A DNA stretch of 57,149 bases from Octopus bimaculoides (lineage: Eukaryota), in assembly GCF_001194135.2 (NCBI RefSeq), contig NC_068981.1, forward strand, positions 20,631,137-20,688,285, given 5' to 3'. The notes beneath the pieces were generated by a model, which searched no databases, was not told the origin of the DNA, and saw only the letters and a list, made by a program, of their open reading frames with translations. Made by a program: the position numbers and the translations under genes. Shown one piece after another: positions 1-11,176 of the stretch; position 1 is the stretch's first letter; each line of letters starts with the position of its first letter.

Positions 1-1071
1 TGAAATCACACATAAACGGCTCCTTTCCACAAAAAAAGGAAAGATTTGGCTGCTATTTCTTGCACGCCCTGCTACCACGTAACAGCTATTTCGGGTCCTT
101 TATTACAAATAGCTGTTACATGGTAGCAGGGTGTGCTAGAAATAGAAGCTGAATCTTTGGAGGTGAGATGGGTTGAATGCACTCAAAAAAATCCTATGGA
201 AAAAAATTATTTCACACCGAAGTTATGAACAGGTCTTTTAAGAAATATTTACCATATTTTCAGAGTCATTTTCAGTTTGAAATATTTTTTAAATATACCA
301 AAAAAAAATGAAAATAATTTTGAAAATAATTCTTAAAAAGATTAAAATATTGCCTGTTTAAAGAAAGCTAAAATATAAATACTTACAGTACAATTTACAT
401 TTTTGAAATCACATTCACTTTAAAATATTTGCAAATGATTAAAATATTGTGTTTAAGGTAAGCGAAAATAGAAATATTTATTGTAAAAAACAACTCGTAT
501 TTTTTCGTTGGCAAGTCACTAAGACTTTTGCCCATCATAGTGTGTCTAATTGAAAAGTTAGAGTTTCTTCCCTTTCAGGGTTAAGGTATTTTCAGAGAAT
601 TTTCCCATTATGCACTATTTTGAGTATCTGTACCCCCAAACCCCCAATATCTCAAGAACCACTTGTCCAACTTATGCAAAATTTGTTTTATTCCATTTGT
701 ATTCACATTTCAGGAGGGCATTAGTTCATAGTATTTTCCCATTATGTGCTAGTTTGACTGTGTAAGATTGCAAGCAAGCAAGCAAGCGAGATTGAAGTTC
801 ATTTTTAATGTAATATAGATATAGTTCAAGTTTACAAGAAACAAAAGGCAAAGATAGGTGTAGGAACAACAAGCAGGTATATTAGTTTAATGCTCGGGAA
901 GAATGGAAAAAGTTTTTTACATTTCAAGCCTATGCTCTTCAACCGAAAAAATGGAGAGAAAATGAAAAAAAAACAGAGGGAGAAAAATGTGCAGAGTTCA
1001 ACAGTCCAACATGATGATCTATATATATTGGATTGGTAAAAAAGTTTATAATGTTTTTTAAGTAAAATTCA

Positions 1072-1201
1072 TCATTATCATCATCATCATTGCTAAACCT
1101 CTGCCTTCCATCAGTGGGATAGTTTGACAAGAGCCAGCTAGGTAGAAGCCTGTACCAGACTTCTGTAACTGTTTTGACAGGATTTTTACAGCTGGATGCC
1201 C
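1072..1201 (-). mobile_element. RTE-type LINE/SINE 3' tail fragment
   Basis: (CAT)n then degenerate 'ccttccat...gtttgac...tttttacagctggatgcc', the reverse complement of the tail seen many times in the window. Confidence 0.6.
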
Positions 1202-1364
1202 TAGTTGTACATACCTTTACTCAACCAGATATTTTACTCATTTCAATCATTAGACTGAAGCTCAGATGGGGTTCTACCTTGAAAGCTTTAGCTAAACAAA
1301 TTGACCCCCAGTACTTAATTTAAGTCATATCATTTATTTATATTTAATATTTAATAAGACTAGA

Positions 1365-2856
1365 GGAGAAATTTCAGGTGTGGAAGCAAGGTTTAGAATC
1401 GAAGGGTCTTAGAATCAATGTTGTAAAAACGAAAGTCCTAGTAAGTAGGAAGGTGAACACATCACAAACCTCTTTAGGTAGATGGCCCTGCTCAATCTGT
1501 AGAAAAGGTGTAGGTAGAAACTCCATAAGATGTACCCAGTGTAAGCTATGGATGCATAAGAGATGCAGTAACATCAAAGGAAGGCTAAATGGGAGGATAG
1601 CTTTTGTGTACGGCAGATGCACAAGCGCAATAAACACTGCAGATGTTCAGAAAACTGATTCCATCACATGCCAGGGGGAGAAACTGGGAGTAGTTGATAG
1701 CTTCCACTACCTAAGTGACCAAGTCTGTAGTGGTGGTGGATGTTCAGAGAGCATTACCACTAGAATAAGAATTAGCCTGGGCAAAGTTCAGAAAGCTTCT
1801 ATCACTACTGGTGACAAAGGGCCTCTTGCTCAGAGTGAAAGGTAGAGTGTATGATGTATGTGTGCAAACAGCCATGCTACACAGCAGTGAAACATAGGCT
1901 ATGACTGTTGAGGACACACAGGCCTGAAAGAAATGAAGCTAGTATGATTCGCTGGACGTGTAATGTCAGTGTGCATACACAACAGAGTGTAAGCACCCAG
2001 AGAGAAAGGTTAGACATAAGAAGTAACAGATGTGGTGTACAAGAGAGATGACTGCACTGGTAAGGTCATGTGCTACGTATGGGTGAGGAGAGCTGTGTGA
2101 AGAAGTGTCACTCCCTAACAGTGGAAGGAACCTGTGAAAGAGGTAGACCCAGGAAGACATGGGATGAGGTGGTGAAGCATGACCTTCGAATGTTGGGCCT
2201 CACAGAGGCAGTGATGAAAGACTGAAACCTCTGGAGATATGCTATGATTGAGAAGACCCACAAGTAAAGTGAGATCACAGCTGTAGCCTATACCGGTGTC
2301 ACATAACCAGCCCACTTAAAAAAGTATCTATGAATCATCAGGTGACCTGCCCTGCTTGAGGAGACCTATTGAGTCAAGTAAATCAAAATCAAAATCAAAA
2401 TCAAATCAAATCACAATCAAATGGAAATTGTAGTTGTGGCCGATACCAGTGCCGCCTGACTGGATCCCATGCTGGTGGCACGCAATAAGCACCATGCATG
2501 CGTAGGTCATTGCCAGTTCCGCCTGACTGGCTCCCCATGCCGGTGGAACATAAAAAGCACCATCCGAACATAGTCAATGCCAGACCCCACCCCAACTAGC
2601 TCCTGTGTTGGTGGGATATAAAAAGTACCATCTGAATGTGGCCAATGCTAGTGCCACCTGACAGGCTCCCATGCTGGTGGCATATAAAAAGTACCAACTA
2701 CACTCTTGGAGTGGTTGGCATTAGGAAGGGCATCAAGCTGTAGAAACATTGACAGCTCAGATTAGAGCCTAGTGCAACATCCTGGCTTGCCAGTCCCCAG
2801 TCAAACCGTCCAACCCATGCCAGCATGGAAAACGGGTATTAAATGATGATGATGAT
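1365..2856 (+). mobile_element. 5'-truncated RTE-clade LINE (RT C-terminal part, Cys-rich insert, 3' UTR, (GAT)n tail)
   Basis: ORF 1378-1845 GLRINVVKTKVLV..CSICRKGVGRNSIRCTQCKLWMHKRC..VDSFHYL..; frameshifted continuation to ~2280; 3' UTR ending ccatgccagcatggaaaacgggtattaaatgatgatgat. Confidence 0.9.
2430..2700 (+). repeat. ~62-bp degenerate tandem subrepeats in the RTE 3' UTR
   Basis: Four units of 'gccagtgccgcctgactggctcccatgccggtggcacataaaaagcaccatccgaac'-like sequence. Confidence 0.75.
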
Positions 2857-3152
2857 TTATATATTTATTTATATAATTTTTATATATTTATATTTATTCA
2901 TATTCAACTCTTACTTTTTAAGTACTTATTTTTCATCCTGTCATTCTCTTTTGCCAAACAGATAACTTACAGAGATGTAAACAAACCAATACTGGTTGTC
3001 AAGCAGTGATGAGACAAACAAACACAAAAAGGAACATACACACACATGTAATGGCTGTTGGCTCCTTGCAGGGCTTGACCTCTTGGCATTTTAGCCAAGA
3101 TCAAAGTGTAATGGTGTGTGTGTATATATATATATATATATATTTATATATG

Positions 3153-3542
3153 TATATTAAAGATAAATGAAAATGCCACTTTTTAAAAAAATTGGACGTG
3201 TTTTAATTAATATACATTACCTGTTTCGTTTTTTTTTTAAAAACCTTATCAAAAATGAGTATAAAATATGTGAGAAGAGAAGAGGGCTATTAATAAAATA
3301 AAATTGAAATTAAAATTAAGAATGACATTCATAGTTTACTGTTATTTTTTGCAGTAAACTATGAATGTCATTCTTACTTTTAATTTCAATTTTATTTTAT
3401 TAATAGTCCTCTTCTCTTCTTACATATTTTATACTCATTTTTGATAAGGTTTTTTAAAAAAAACTGAAACATGTAATGTATGTTAATTAAAACACCCAAT
3501 TTTTTAAAAAGTGGCATTTTCATTTTTGTTTATCTTTAATAT
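3153..3542. repeat. Long fold-back, ~190-bp arms, 10-nt loop
   Basis: 3153-3341 is the near-perfect reverse complement of 3352-3542; loop ttattttttg at 3342-3351. Confidence 0.95.
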
Positions 3543-3590
3543 CTACTTACTCATGTGGTACATTTACAAATCTTTTCAAATATATATATA

Positions 3591-4480
3591 TATAACTAAT
3601 TTAGAGATGAACCACCATTCCACCAGTCAATGAAGAACCTGTCCAAGACCGTGCTGTGAGACATATACCATACAAAATACTAATCTAAAATTTTAATAAT
3701 ATATAATATTGAACAGTAAGATTATTACAATCATATAATATATAAGAGCAAATACAGTAACTTCGCCTGCAGGTAAGTCATGTTTTTTAAATTTATTCTA
3801 AACAATATTGACATACATCTTTTATTAACTTTATACACTAACATGTATTTACATTTATTTACCTTTTCCATAATGAATTAATCTTGTTTACAATAATACT
3901 CTATTTGAATATTTTAAGCTTGTAACTTTTAATAATAATATTAATGTCTTTAACTTATGGATTATATTACAGGTTTTGTTTCTTTATATATATTTTTTAT
4001 TTCTTATTTTTATTCCTTATCATATTATGAGCTAAGTTAAACTTTTAGGTTTTAGGATTTTTTAGGAATTTGACCTGAGGAGTGACTGTTTTTGGGAGTA
4101 AAATCATTTTTTCGTTCTAATGAACATGGATATGGTTTTCTTATATGATTTTATATAGTCCTAATTCAGCCATGAAACGCGCGTAGTCGATGTACTAGTA
4201 CTTACTTTTATACATTATATTATTGTATTAATTTTTATTGTTCAATTTATACTTTATTTGATTTTTAGATTAATATTTTTATGATGAATGCTTCTTTGTA
4301 TGGTATTCGCTGTGATTTTAAAAGTATTTGCTCTTATATATTATTATGTATGTTCAATATTATATATTATTAAAATTTTAGATTAGTATTTTGTATGATG
4401 TATGTCTCACAGCATGGTTTTGGACGGGTTCTTCGTTGACTGAGTTGTGGAGTGGTGGTTCGTCTCTAAATTAGTTATAT
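3591..4480 (+). mobile_element. Penelope-like non-autonomous element with ~125-bp inverted termini and an internal hammerhead motif
   Basis: 3591-3714 is the reverse complement of 4352-4480; hammerhead core at 4075-4185; TA-rich flanks. Confidence 0.7.
4070..4190 (+). ncRNA. Type I hammerhead ribozyme motif with long stem II loop
   Basis: Stem I ttgac/gtcga; CTGAGGA 4075-4081; stem II GTG-A-CTG/CAG-C-CAT with 78-nt loop; GAAA 4174-4177; palindromic CGCGCG; GUA cleavage triplet ending 4185. Confidence 0.6.
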
Positions 4481-4569
4481 GCATATATTATATATTACGA
4501 AATTCGGTCTAATATTATTATAACTTAATTTCACCTGTAAGGTTGGAATAATAATTTATTCCCTAATAT

Positions 4570-4604
<35 letters not shown>

Positions 4605-4777
4605 TTGTCTTCTCCGCATGCAGAGTTTAATGTTTTGAAAAGACACCCACATAGATTGCATATACAATTTGGAGCACCAAGAGCTGCAGTTAAGTTCTGA
4701 TCTTTGTGGTTCTTAAAATGTCTTTTGAGGCCTCCATTAGATTTGCTGACCTTCTGGCATACATTGTTTTTTGTAAG

Positions 4778-4890
4778 CGCAACATTTCAGCTGATATACC
4801 ATCCAGCCTTCATGCAGATGTCTTGGAGAAATTTTGAACCTGGGTTCTCATTCCTAAGGTATTTTTTGATGTTGTTGTTACTATTATTAT
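4778..4890 (-). mobile_element. Degenerate copy of the hammerhead-tailed SINE-like element
   Basis: Reverse complement reads ..gagaacccaggttcaaaatttctccaagacatCTGCATGAaggctggatggtatatcagctGAAATGTT..; same family as 5450-5683 and 19720-20005, core disrupted. Confidence 0.7.
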
Positions 4891-5017
4891 TATTATGTTG
4901 TTGTTTTTTTTCTTCTTTCTTCAAATTTTCTTCCATTTCTCGCCAAGTGTTTTCCGTACACCTAGAGCAGAGAAACTCATTGTATGCATTCCCAGTTTAC
5001 ACATGCAAATTCACAGG

Positions 5018-5062
<45 letters not shown>

Positions 5063-5449
5063 NNNNNNNNNNNNNNNNNNNNNNNNNNNNNNNNNNNNNN
5101 NNNNNNNNNNNNNNNNNNNNNNNNNNNNNNNNNNNNNNNNNNNNNNNNNNNNNNNNNNNNNNNNNNNNNNNNNNNNNNNNNNNNNNNNNNNNNNNNNNNN
5201 NNNNNNNNNNNNNNNNNNNNNNNNNNNNNNNNNNNNNNNNNNNNNNNNNNNNNNNNNNNNNNNNNNNNNNNNNNNNNNNNNNNNNNNNNNNNNNNNNNNN
5301 NNNNNNNNNNNNNNNNNNNNNNNNNNNNNNNNNNNNNNNNNNNNNNNNNNNNNNNNNNNNNNNNNNNNNNNNNNNNNNNNNNNNNNNNNNNNNNNNNNNN
5401 NNNNNNNNNNNNNNNNNNNNNNNNNNNNNNNNNNNNNNNNNNNNNNNNN

Positions 5450-5468
5450 AATAATGATAATAATAATG

Positions 5469-5510
<42 letters not shown>

Positions 5511-5683
5511 TCGAAAAATACCTTAGGAACGAGAACCCAGGTTCAAAATTTCTCCAAATCATCTGATGAAAGCTGGAGGGTATATCAGCCGAAACGTTGT
5601 GTTAACAAGAAACAAGATGAGGACAAATATCCATCAAATGTAAATAATGTACATAATTCCTCATCTCTTAAATATAGAACTGT
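5450..5683 (+). mobile_element. 3' part of the hammerhead-tailed SINE-like element: (AAT)n plus Penelope-like tail
   Basis: (AAT)n-catcgaaaaataccttagg..CTGATGA(5563-5569)aagctg..cagccGAAACGTT(5591-5598)gtgtt..tagaactgt; near-identical to 19797-20005; head would be in gap 5063-5449. Confidence 0.85.
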
Positions 5684-5692
5684 GTAACATTC

Positions 5693-5724
<32 letters not shown>

Positions 5725-5725
<1 letters not shown>

Positions 5726-5885
5726 ACACAAGATGGGCTTCCACACTGTTTTCTGTTTACCACAATGACTTACTAGACTTTAATTGGCTCAGGACTATAG
5801 TAGAAGATACTTGCCCAAGGTGCTACACACTGGGACTGACCCCCAAACTTCATGGTTTCAAAGTGAGCTTCTTTGCATGCTTGCA
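5725..5885 (-). mobile_element. tRNA-derived SINE fragment (family containing 'ccttgggcaagt')
   Basis: cttgcccaaggtgc..gggactga..; same family at 24050-24300, 39205-39360, 42240-42348, 49020-49135. Confidence 0.7.
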
Positions 5886-6402
5886 CAAATATAACAAAGT
5901 AAGCTAGTAATAGAGCTAACAGTAAAGCGAGCACTGTAGTAAAGTATCTATACTTGATGTGGAGCCCCTGAGACAGTTCAATGTTCTTTACAACCTCATT
6001 CGGACAATTCTTATGATGATGACAAATTGTAACACCCATGCTGTCCTTTGGATCCATCAGTGATGTTGAAAGGGGAGACACACACACTGCATGGACCACA
6101 GCCTGCCCGCCATACCATACTATCTAGGTTTGGATCCTAGTGGACACCTGATACTGGAGATATAAAACTGGACAACTTATCCAACACTAAGACAGCCCAC
6201 AAGTGAGGATTGTGTGACAGAGACTGCCATTTGCTCTGTTCAGCCACAGACAACACTGTTCCAATAGGGTGGACAACCAGGACCTTTGTTCTTGGTCATT
6301 AATGGTGGATGAAGATTTCAAAGATACTTGATGTATAAACCAAAACATTAAAATTCAATATGGAATCTAGTGTGGGAGTCAGACTCACTCCCCACTGCAC
6401 TT

Positions 6403-6600
6403 TATCATCATCATCATCATCATTTAATGTCTGCCTTCCATGCTGGCATGGGCTGGGCAGTTTGACAGGAGCTGGCCTGGCAGGAGACTACACCATACTT
6501 CTGTGTCTGTTTTGGCATGGTTTTTACAGCTGGATGCCCTTTCAAATGCCAACTACTTTACAGTGTGAACTGGATGCTTTTCATGTGTTACCAGCACTGG
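6403..6600 (-). mobile_element. RTE-type 3' tail fragment
   Basis: (CAT)n-ttaatgtctgccttccatgctggcatggg..acagctggatgccct..ccaactactttacagtgtg. Confidence 0.8.
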
Positions 6601-6844
6601 CAGAGTCACCAAGTGATCTTGTGTCAGATGATGAAAAGTTAGAGTATGACAGAGAGACAGAAACAGGTGTCTTGCTGTAGAGGGGGTACATAGTTACCTG
6701 GTTTATATTTAATTAATTTTAATTAAGAGTTTTGGTCTTTTCTCTGCAGTCTTATTAACAAAGATTAGATATGGATTTGATCTTATCACTAAGGGTGAGA
6801 TGCTAATTAATTAGAATCTCTTGTTTTACTATGTGTAGCATAAT

Positions 6845-7156
6845 GGAGGCACATAGCCTTGTGGTTAGAGCAGCAAATTCGCAGTTGAGGAATCGTGGGT
6901 TCGAATCTCAGACCAAGCGATGTGTGTGTTTATGAGTGAAACACCTAAGCTCCATGCAGCTCTGGCAGAAAGTAATGACGAACTTCTGCTGACTTTTTTG
7001 CCACAACTTTCTCTCACTCTTTCCTCCTGCATCTAGCAGCTCACCTACAATGGACTGGCATCCTGTCCAGGTGGGGAACCTATACAACAATGAAACTGGA
7101 AAACTGGCCCTTATGAGCCAGGCATGGCTCAAGAAGGAACAAACAACAACAACAAC
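6845..7156 (+). mobile_element. tRNA-derived SINE with (AAC)n tail
   Basis: A-box-like tagccttgtgg, B box gggttcgaatctc; body shared with 31997-32385; ends caacaacaac. Confidence 0.85.
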
Positions 7157-8987
7157 ACTGTGTAATATGCTGGCATCCACTTTACTATTAAGTTTTCATT
7201 GCATAAGTTAGTTATAAGAAAAGGAGATGATGGTGAGGTTGTGTGGTGACTGTCAGATAGGAGAGAAACTGTGGGCAATAGATGAGATTGTAAAGTGGAG
7301 GTCAAAGTGTGCGACAGAAGTAAGGTTAGGAGGGAGAGAAGTAGATAGTGTTGAGGAAGTGAGGAAGAGAAAATGTTGTGAAATAAAGTGGGTGGTGATA
7401 TTTTGGAGGTGGACAGACTGAAGTAGAGGTTTAGGTTGTGAATCCATGTACAGTTGTGAGGCAGAGTTGAAGTTGTAAAGTAGAGACAAGGTTGCAGGGG
7501 ATATGAGATTGAGTCAGAGGTAATGTTGTGGGGTAGAGGTGATCTTTTTAGGCAGAGGCTATGTTGTAGACAGAGGTAGAAGGATTGTGAGGTAGAGGTG
7601 ATGTTGGAGGTGGAGGTGACATGTTTTGAGGCAAGTGAGGTTGTAGTTGTTGTTGTTGGTTAGTCCCAGATCAGACCTGATCAAGCAGACATGTGATCAA
7701 AAGCATTCAAATTGTAACCATCCAGTTGTTTTTGTTTCACTTTTTTTTCTTACACAAGGATCAAGGACTACAATATCCAGTGTCATTTTCTATGACAATG
7801 GAATGTGATATAAGGAAAACCTAACTGCAATTTCTAGTAGATCAACTGACCATATGGAGGTTTTCCTGAGGTGAGATTGTTAGATTGGTTCAGTGTTGGA
7901 ATAATTCAATAACAAGTGTAGTGTATGTAGATTAACTTGGATTAACTTTGTAACAATTGCAGCATATGTGGAATAACTTGGCTTAACTTAGTAGCGTAGA
8001 TTAACTTGGATTAACTTAGTAACAAGATTAGCATATGTAGCAAACTGGCAAAGATGTTAGGGTATTGGACAGAATGCTTTACAGTATTTATTCCAACTCT
8101 TTGAGCTCTGAGTTCAGATCTCACCAAGATCAACTTTGCATTTCATCTTTTCAAGGGCAATATAAAAAAAATACCAACCCAGATCAGTGGATTGGCAGAA
8201 CTGTTTGATGGTCAGGTGAGATACTTAGCATTATTTGTCCTGGCTCTTTGCATTCTAATAGTAGTGGCTGCAATAATACTGGTGCCAGGCTGTTTCAGCC
8301 CAAGCTGGTGTCATTTCCCTTTGATAAATATTAGTAGTATTGAAAAGGAAGACTTACATGCATGGGCCACTGCTAGTCTTCCTCAAAAATTCTTATCCAG
8401 CCATGTACATACCTGTGCAGAAGCATGACCAACATTGGCTGATGGAGGCCACACTCAGATTTCCAACTCTTTAAATTAAACAGATTACAGTTATCAAATT
8501 GAATAGCAATGGTAAATGGGCAGGCTTCATTTTTGGTAGAGATTTGCTATTCCATTTTTGATAGAGATATGCTATTCTATTTCTCTAACTCATCATACAA
8601 TAATTGAGCTTTTTCCCATTCAGTCGAATGAACAAGATTACTACTAAAATATTTCAGACACCATAATGTTAACCATCCTCATTAATTTAAATCAGGATTC
8701 TTAAACAAATAAGAAACATTTTAACATGTACAGTTTTATTTTAACCTTAGGCCACAAGCAAAACTACAGCACAAATAATAAGTTTAAATTAACAGAATCA
8801 CATTTTCAATGTTAGAACACAAAGATAAATTTACATTATACTAAGGTTGGGTATCAGGAGATATCAGAAGATAATATTTAACTTGGACATTTTAGTTGTT
8901 TATGTAACAATTCTGTAAGTGAATTCACATAATGTCATAGCATTTAAGCTTTGTGTTTTTAGATTTGGTTTAAAATAAAATCAGGAT

Positions 8988-9088
8988 TTATAGTGAATAG
9001 GTCCACCCATTCAAATTTGTTGTATAATTTATCATGTCTAAGCTGTTGTCTTCCATGGTTGACCTTATAAATGTCTCAAATATGTTGG
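8988..9088 (-). CDS. Candidate terminal coding exon of an unidentified gene (xNIFETFIRSTMEDNSLDMINYTTNLNGWTYSL*)
   Basis: Strong acceptor ttttctctttctttgctag; one open frame to TAA; AATAAA ~250 nt downstream; no recognisable homology. Confidence 0.3.
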
Positions 9089-9144
9089 CTAGCAAAGAAA
9101 GAGAAAATACTAACTATTGGAACCCTTCTCTTCATTTCGATTAC

Positions 9145-9200
9145 CTCTCCTCTGTACTAGCTGATCTACATACACTGGTTCTTCAAATACAGAGTTGGAT
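9145..9200 (-). CDS. Candidate penultimate exon (SNSVFEEPVYVDQLVQRR)
   Basis: aag acceptor, GAG|gtaatc donor, phase-compatible with 8988-9088, but implied intron is only 56 nt. Confidence 0.2.
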
Positions 9201-9279
9201 CTTTAAAAATAATTATAATTTGATAAAATACCTTACGATATTCATTTTGAGTGGCTGTGCTGATATGGTCATGTGATGC

Positions 9280-9470
9280 ACACAGATGAAGACATCTGCA
9301 TAAAGAAGTGTTGATCTCTAAATGTGGAGAGAACCCATGGAAGAGGAAGACCCAGGAAGACATGGGACAAAGTTATGACGAATGATCTAAAGAAGGTGAG
9401 CTTCACAGAGGAGATTACAAGGGACCAAGACGATTAGTGATTTGCAGTACTTGAAAAGACCCGTTCTATT
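9280..9470 (+). mobile_element. RTE LINE ORF2 C-terminal fragment
   Basis: gaagaggaagacccaggaagacatggga (RGRPRKTW), homologous to 2140-2270. Confidence 0.75.
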
Positions 9471-11084
9471 TAGTTGGATGGGTCTTTTCCTATAGAGGCT
9501 TCCTTGTTGACTTGTATAAGTTTGAGTCAAGAGAAAGTGAGGTAAAAGAAGAATTGGTGTAGTGTCATGATATTTCACTGTTTTCATTGGGGATTGAAGA
9601 GAAAGCAGATTGAAAAGGGGCCTGTAAAGTAAAATTGAAAAGGGGACAAACAAATTGCCATGTTTAATAAAATTAAGATGTTTTTAATTTTTTTAATTTT
9701 TACAACACAAGGACAAAGAAAGAAAAATTATACAAATTATACAAATGCAAACTTTGTTTTATCTTTACATTAATACAAAGCGATGGTGGGCCAGGGACTG
9801 CTGAAAATTTCACTGATACCTTTGTGGGACGGTGGAGGAGTAAGAAACCTGGTATTTGTTAGTTTGAGAATCAATGTGTTAGTTTATATTTGTGTTTATA
9901 ATAACAAGATAAAACTCAACCAATCAATTAGTGGTGTTACTAGTAAGTTTTACTTGATAATTATATATGAACATTCCTGCAGAATGACACACTGAAACTT
10001 CAACCTTACTAAATGAAACTCTATTGAATGCCTGGTGTGTGGGGTGGGGGGGGGTTATGACTTCATGGCATAAGGTGAGCAATTAGAGAATACAACATTA
10101 AATTGTATGAAGGAACAATCACCATGCAATAGCATTTTATGTTCACATTTCTTCTTTTTCCTTTTTTCCTTTTTAATGTCTGAACCACAGATTTGCTGTT
10201 GTAGTAAGAAAATAAAAATAAGAGGAGACATTTATCATTTACAGGTTGAATCTGTTTTAACTACTTCCTTAAACTTCATATCATAAACAGAACAGCACGA
10301 AATTCTCATTAAGCTATCTAGACAAGATTACATTATTGAATTAAATGTCTAAAATGATCTTTCATATGTCAATACTAGTTTGTTGGTCAGTATGTCTGTT
10401 AGTCTGTTAATCTGCCTTATTCAGAATTTAGTATATTGAATTTGAAGGAAACATTTTAATTTTTATTCATTAATTTATTGAAACTTGATAAAATTGTTGC
10501 TGATTTTTATAAAATTTCAGTGAAGATTTTAAAAATAGGTAAAAGAATGAGAGAAAGATATGTGTTTTCTTGATGTTAGAAGTTGTACAGCTTCAAGTTT
10601 TGGTAATATGGAGTGAATATTGTGATAAATCAATGTGGCTTAAAACTAAAAGAAATAACATTTTAATGTTAATGTTCACTTTTCTGTCTTGATTCATTCT
10701 GTGTACTGTACATGTACTTCTCGCTTACATGGCTTCTTTCTTTACTTGACTTATATATCTGCTATCTGTCACTTCTTTTAACCTTTTCTGATGAGTTGTA
10801 GTGTGCCTGAGAACTATATAAAATAACCTCATCATTATTTCTTTTAACATGTATTTATATTAGAAAAGAATGAGAAACTCCTAAATACCCATATTTACCT
10901 TTGTGTATATCATATTTCTGTTTTCTCTTCCAATAAAGAACTTTCCTTGTCAAGAACTGCTTGCTTACATCTTTCCTCCCTGCTTTCTATCTCTCATCTC
11001 TGTAATAGATAGACATCATATCTGTCGCTCATTTTAGTACTTTTAATCTTTTTTATCTGTCTGTCCAGTTATCTGTCTATCTGT

Positions 11085-11087
11085 TTG

Positions 11088-11176
<89 letters not shown>
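11085..11176. repeat. Compound microsatellite (CT)n(TATC)n
   Basis: Direct reading. Confidence 0.95.

Noticed and set aside
2430-2700. CRISPR-like array of ~62-bp units (also 29460-29740, 34700-34850, 44150-44420)
   Set aside because: Degenerate tandem subrepeats of an RTE 3' UTR, no unique spacers, no cas genes, eukaryotic context.
8192-8428. 78-aa hydrophobic ORF
   Set aside because: Starts at the end of a SINE copy with a non-ATG codon; no splice or homology support.
9770-9860. - strand FLTPPPSHK resembling the cyclin E degron
   Set aside because: Closed by a stop 10 codons upstream, poor acceptor, no other cyclin exons found.
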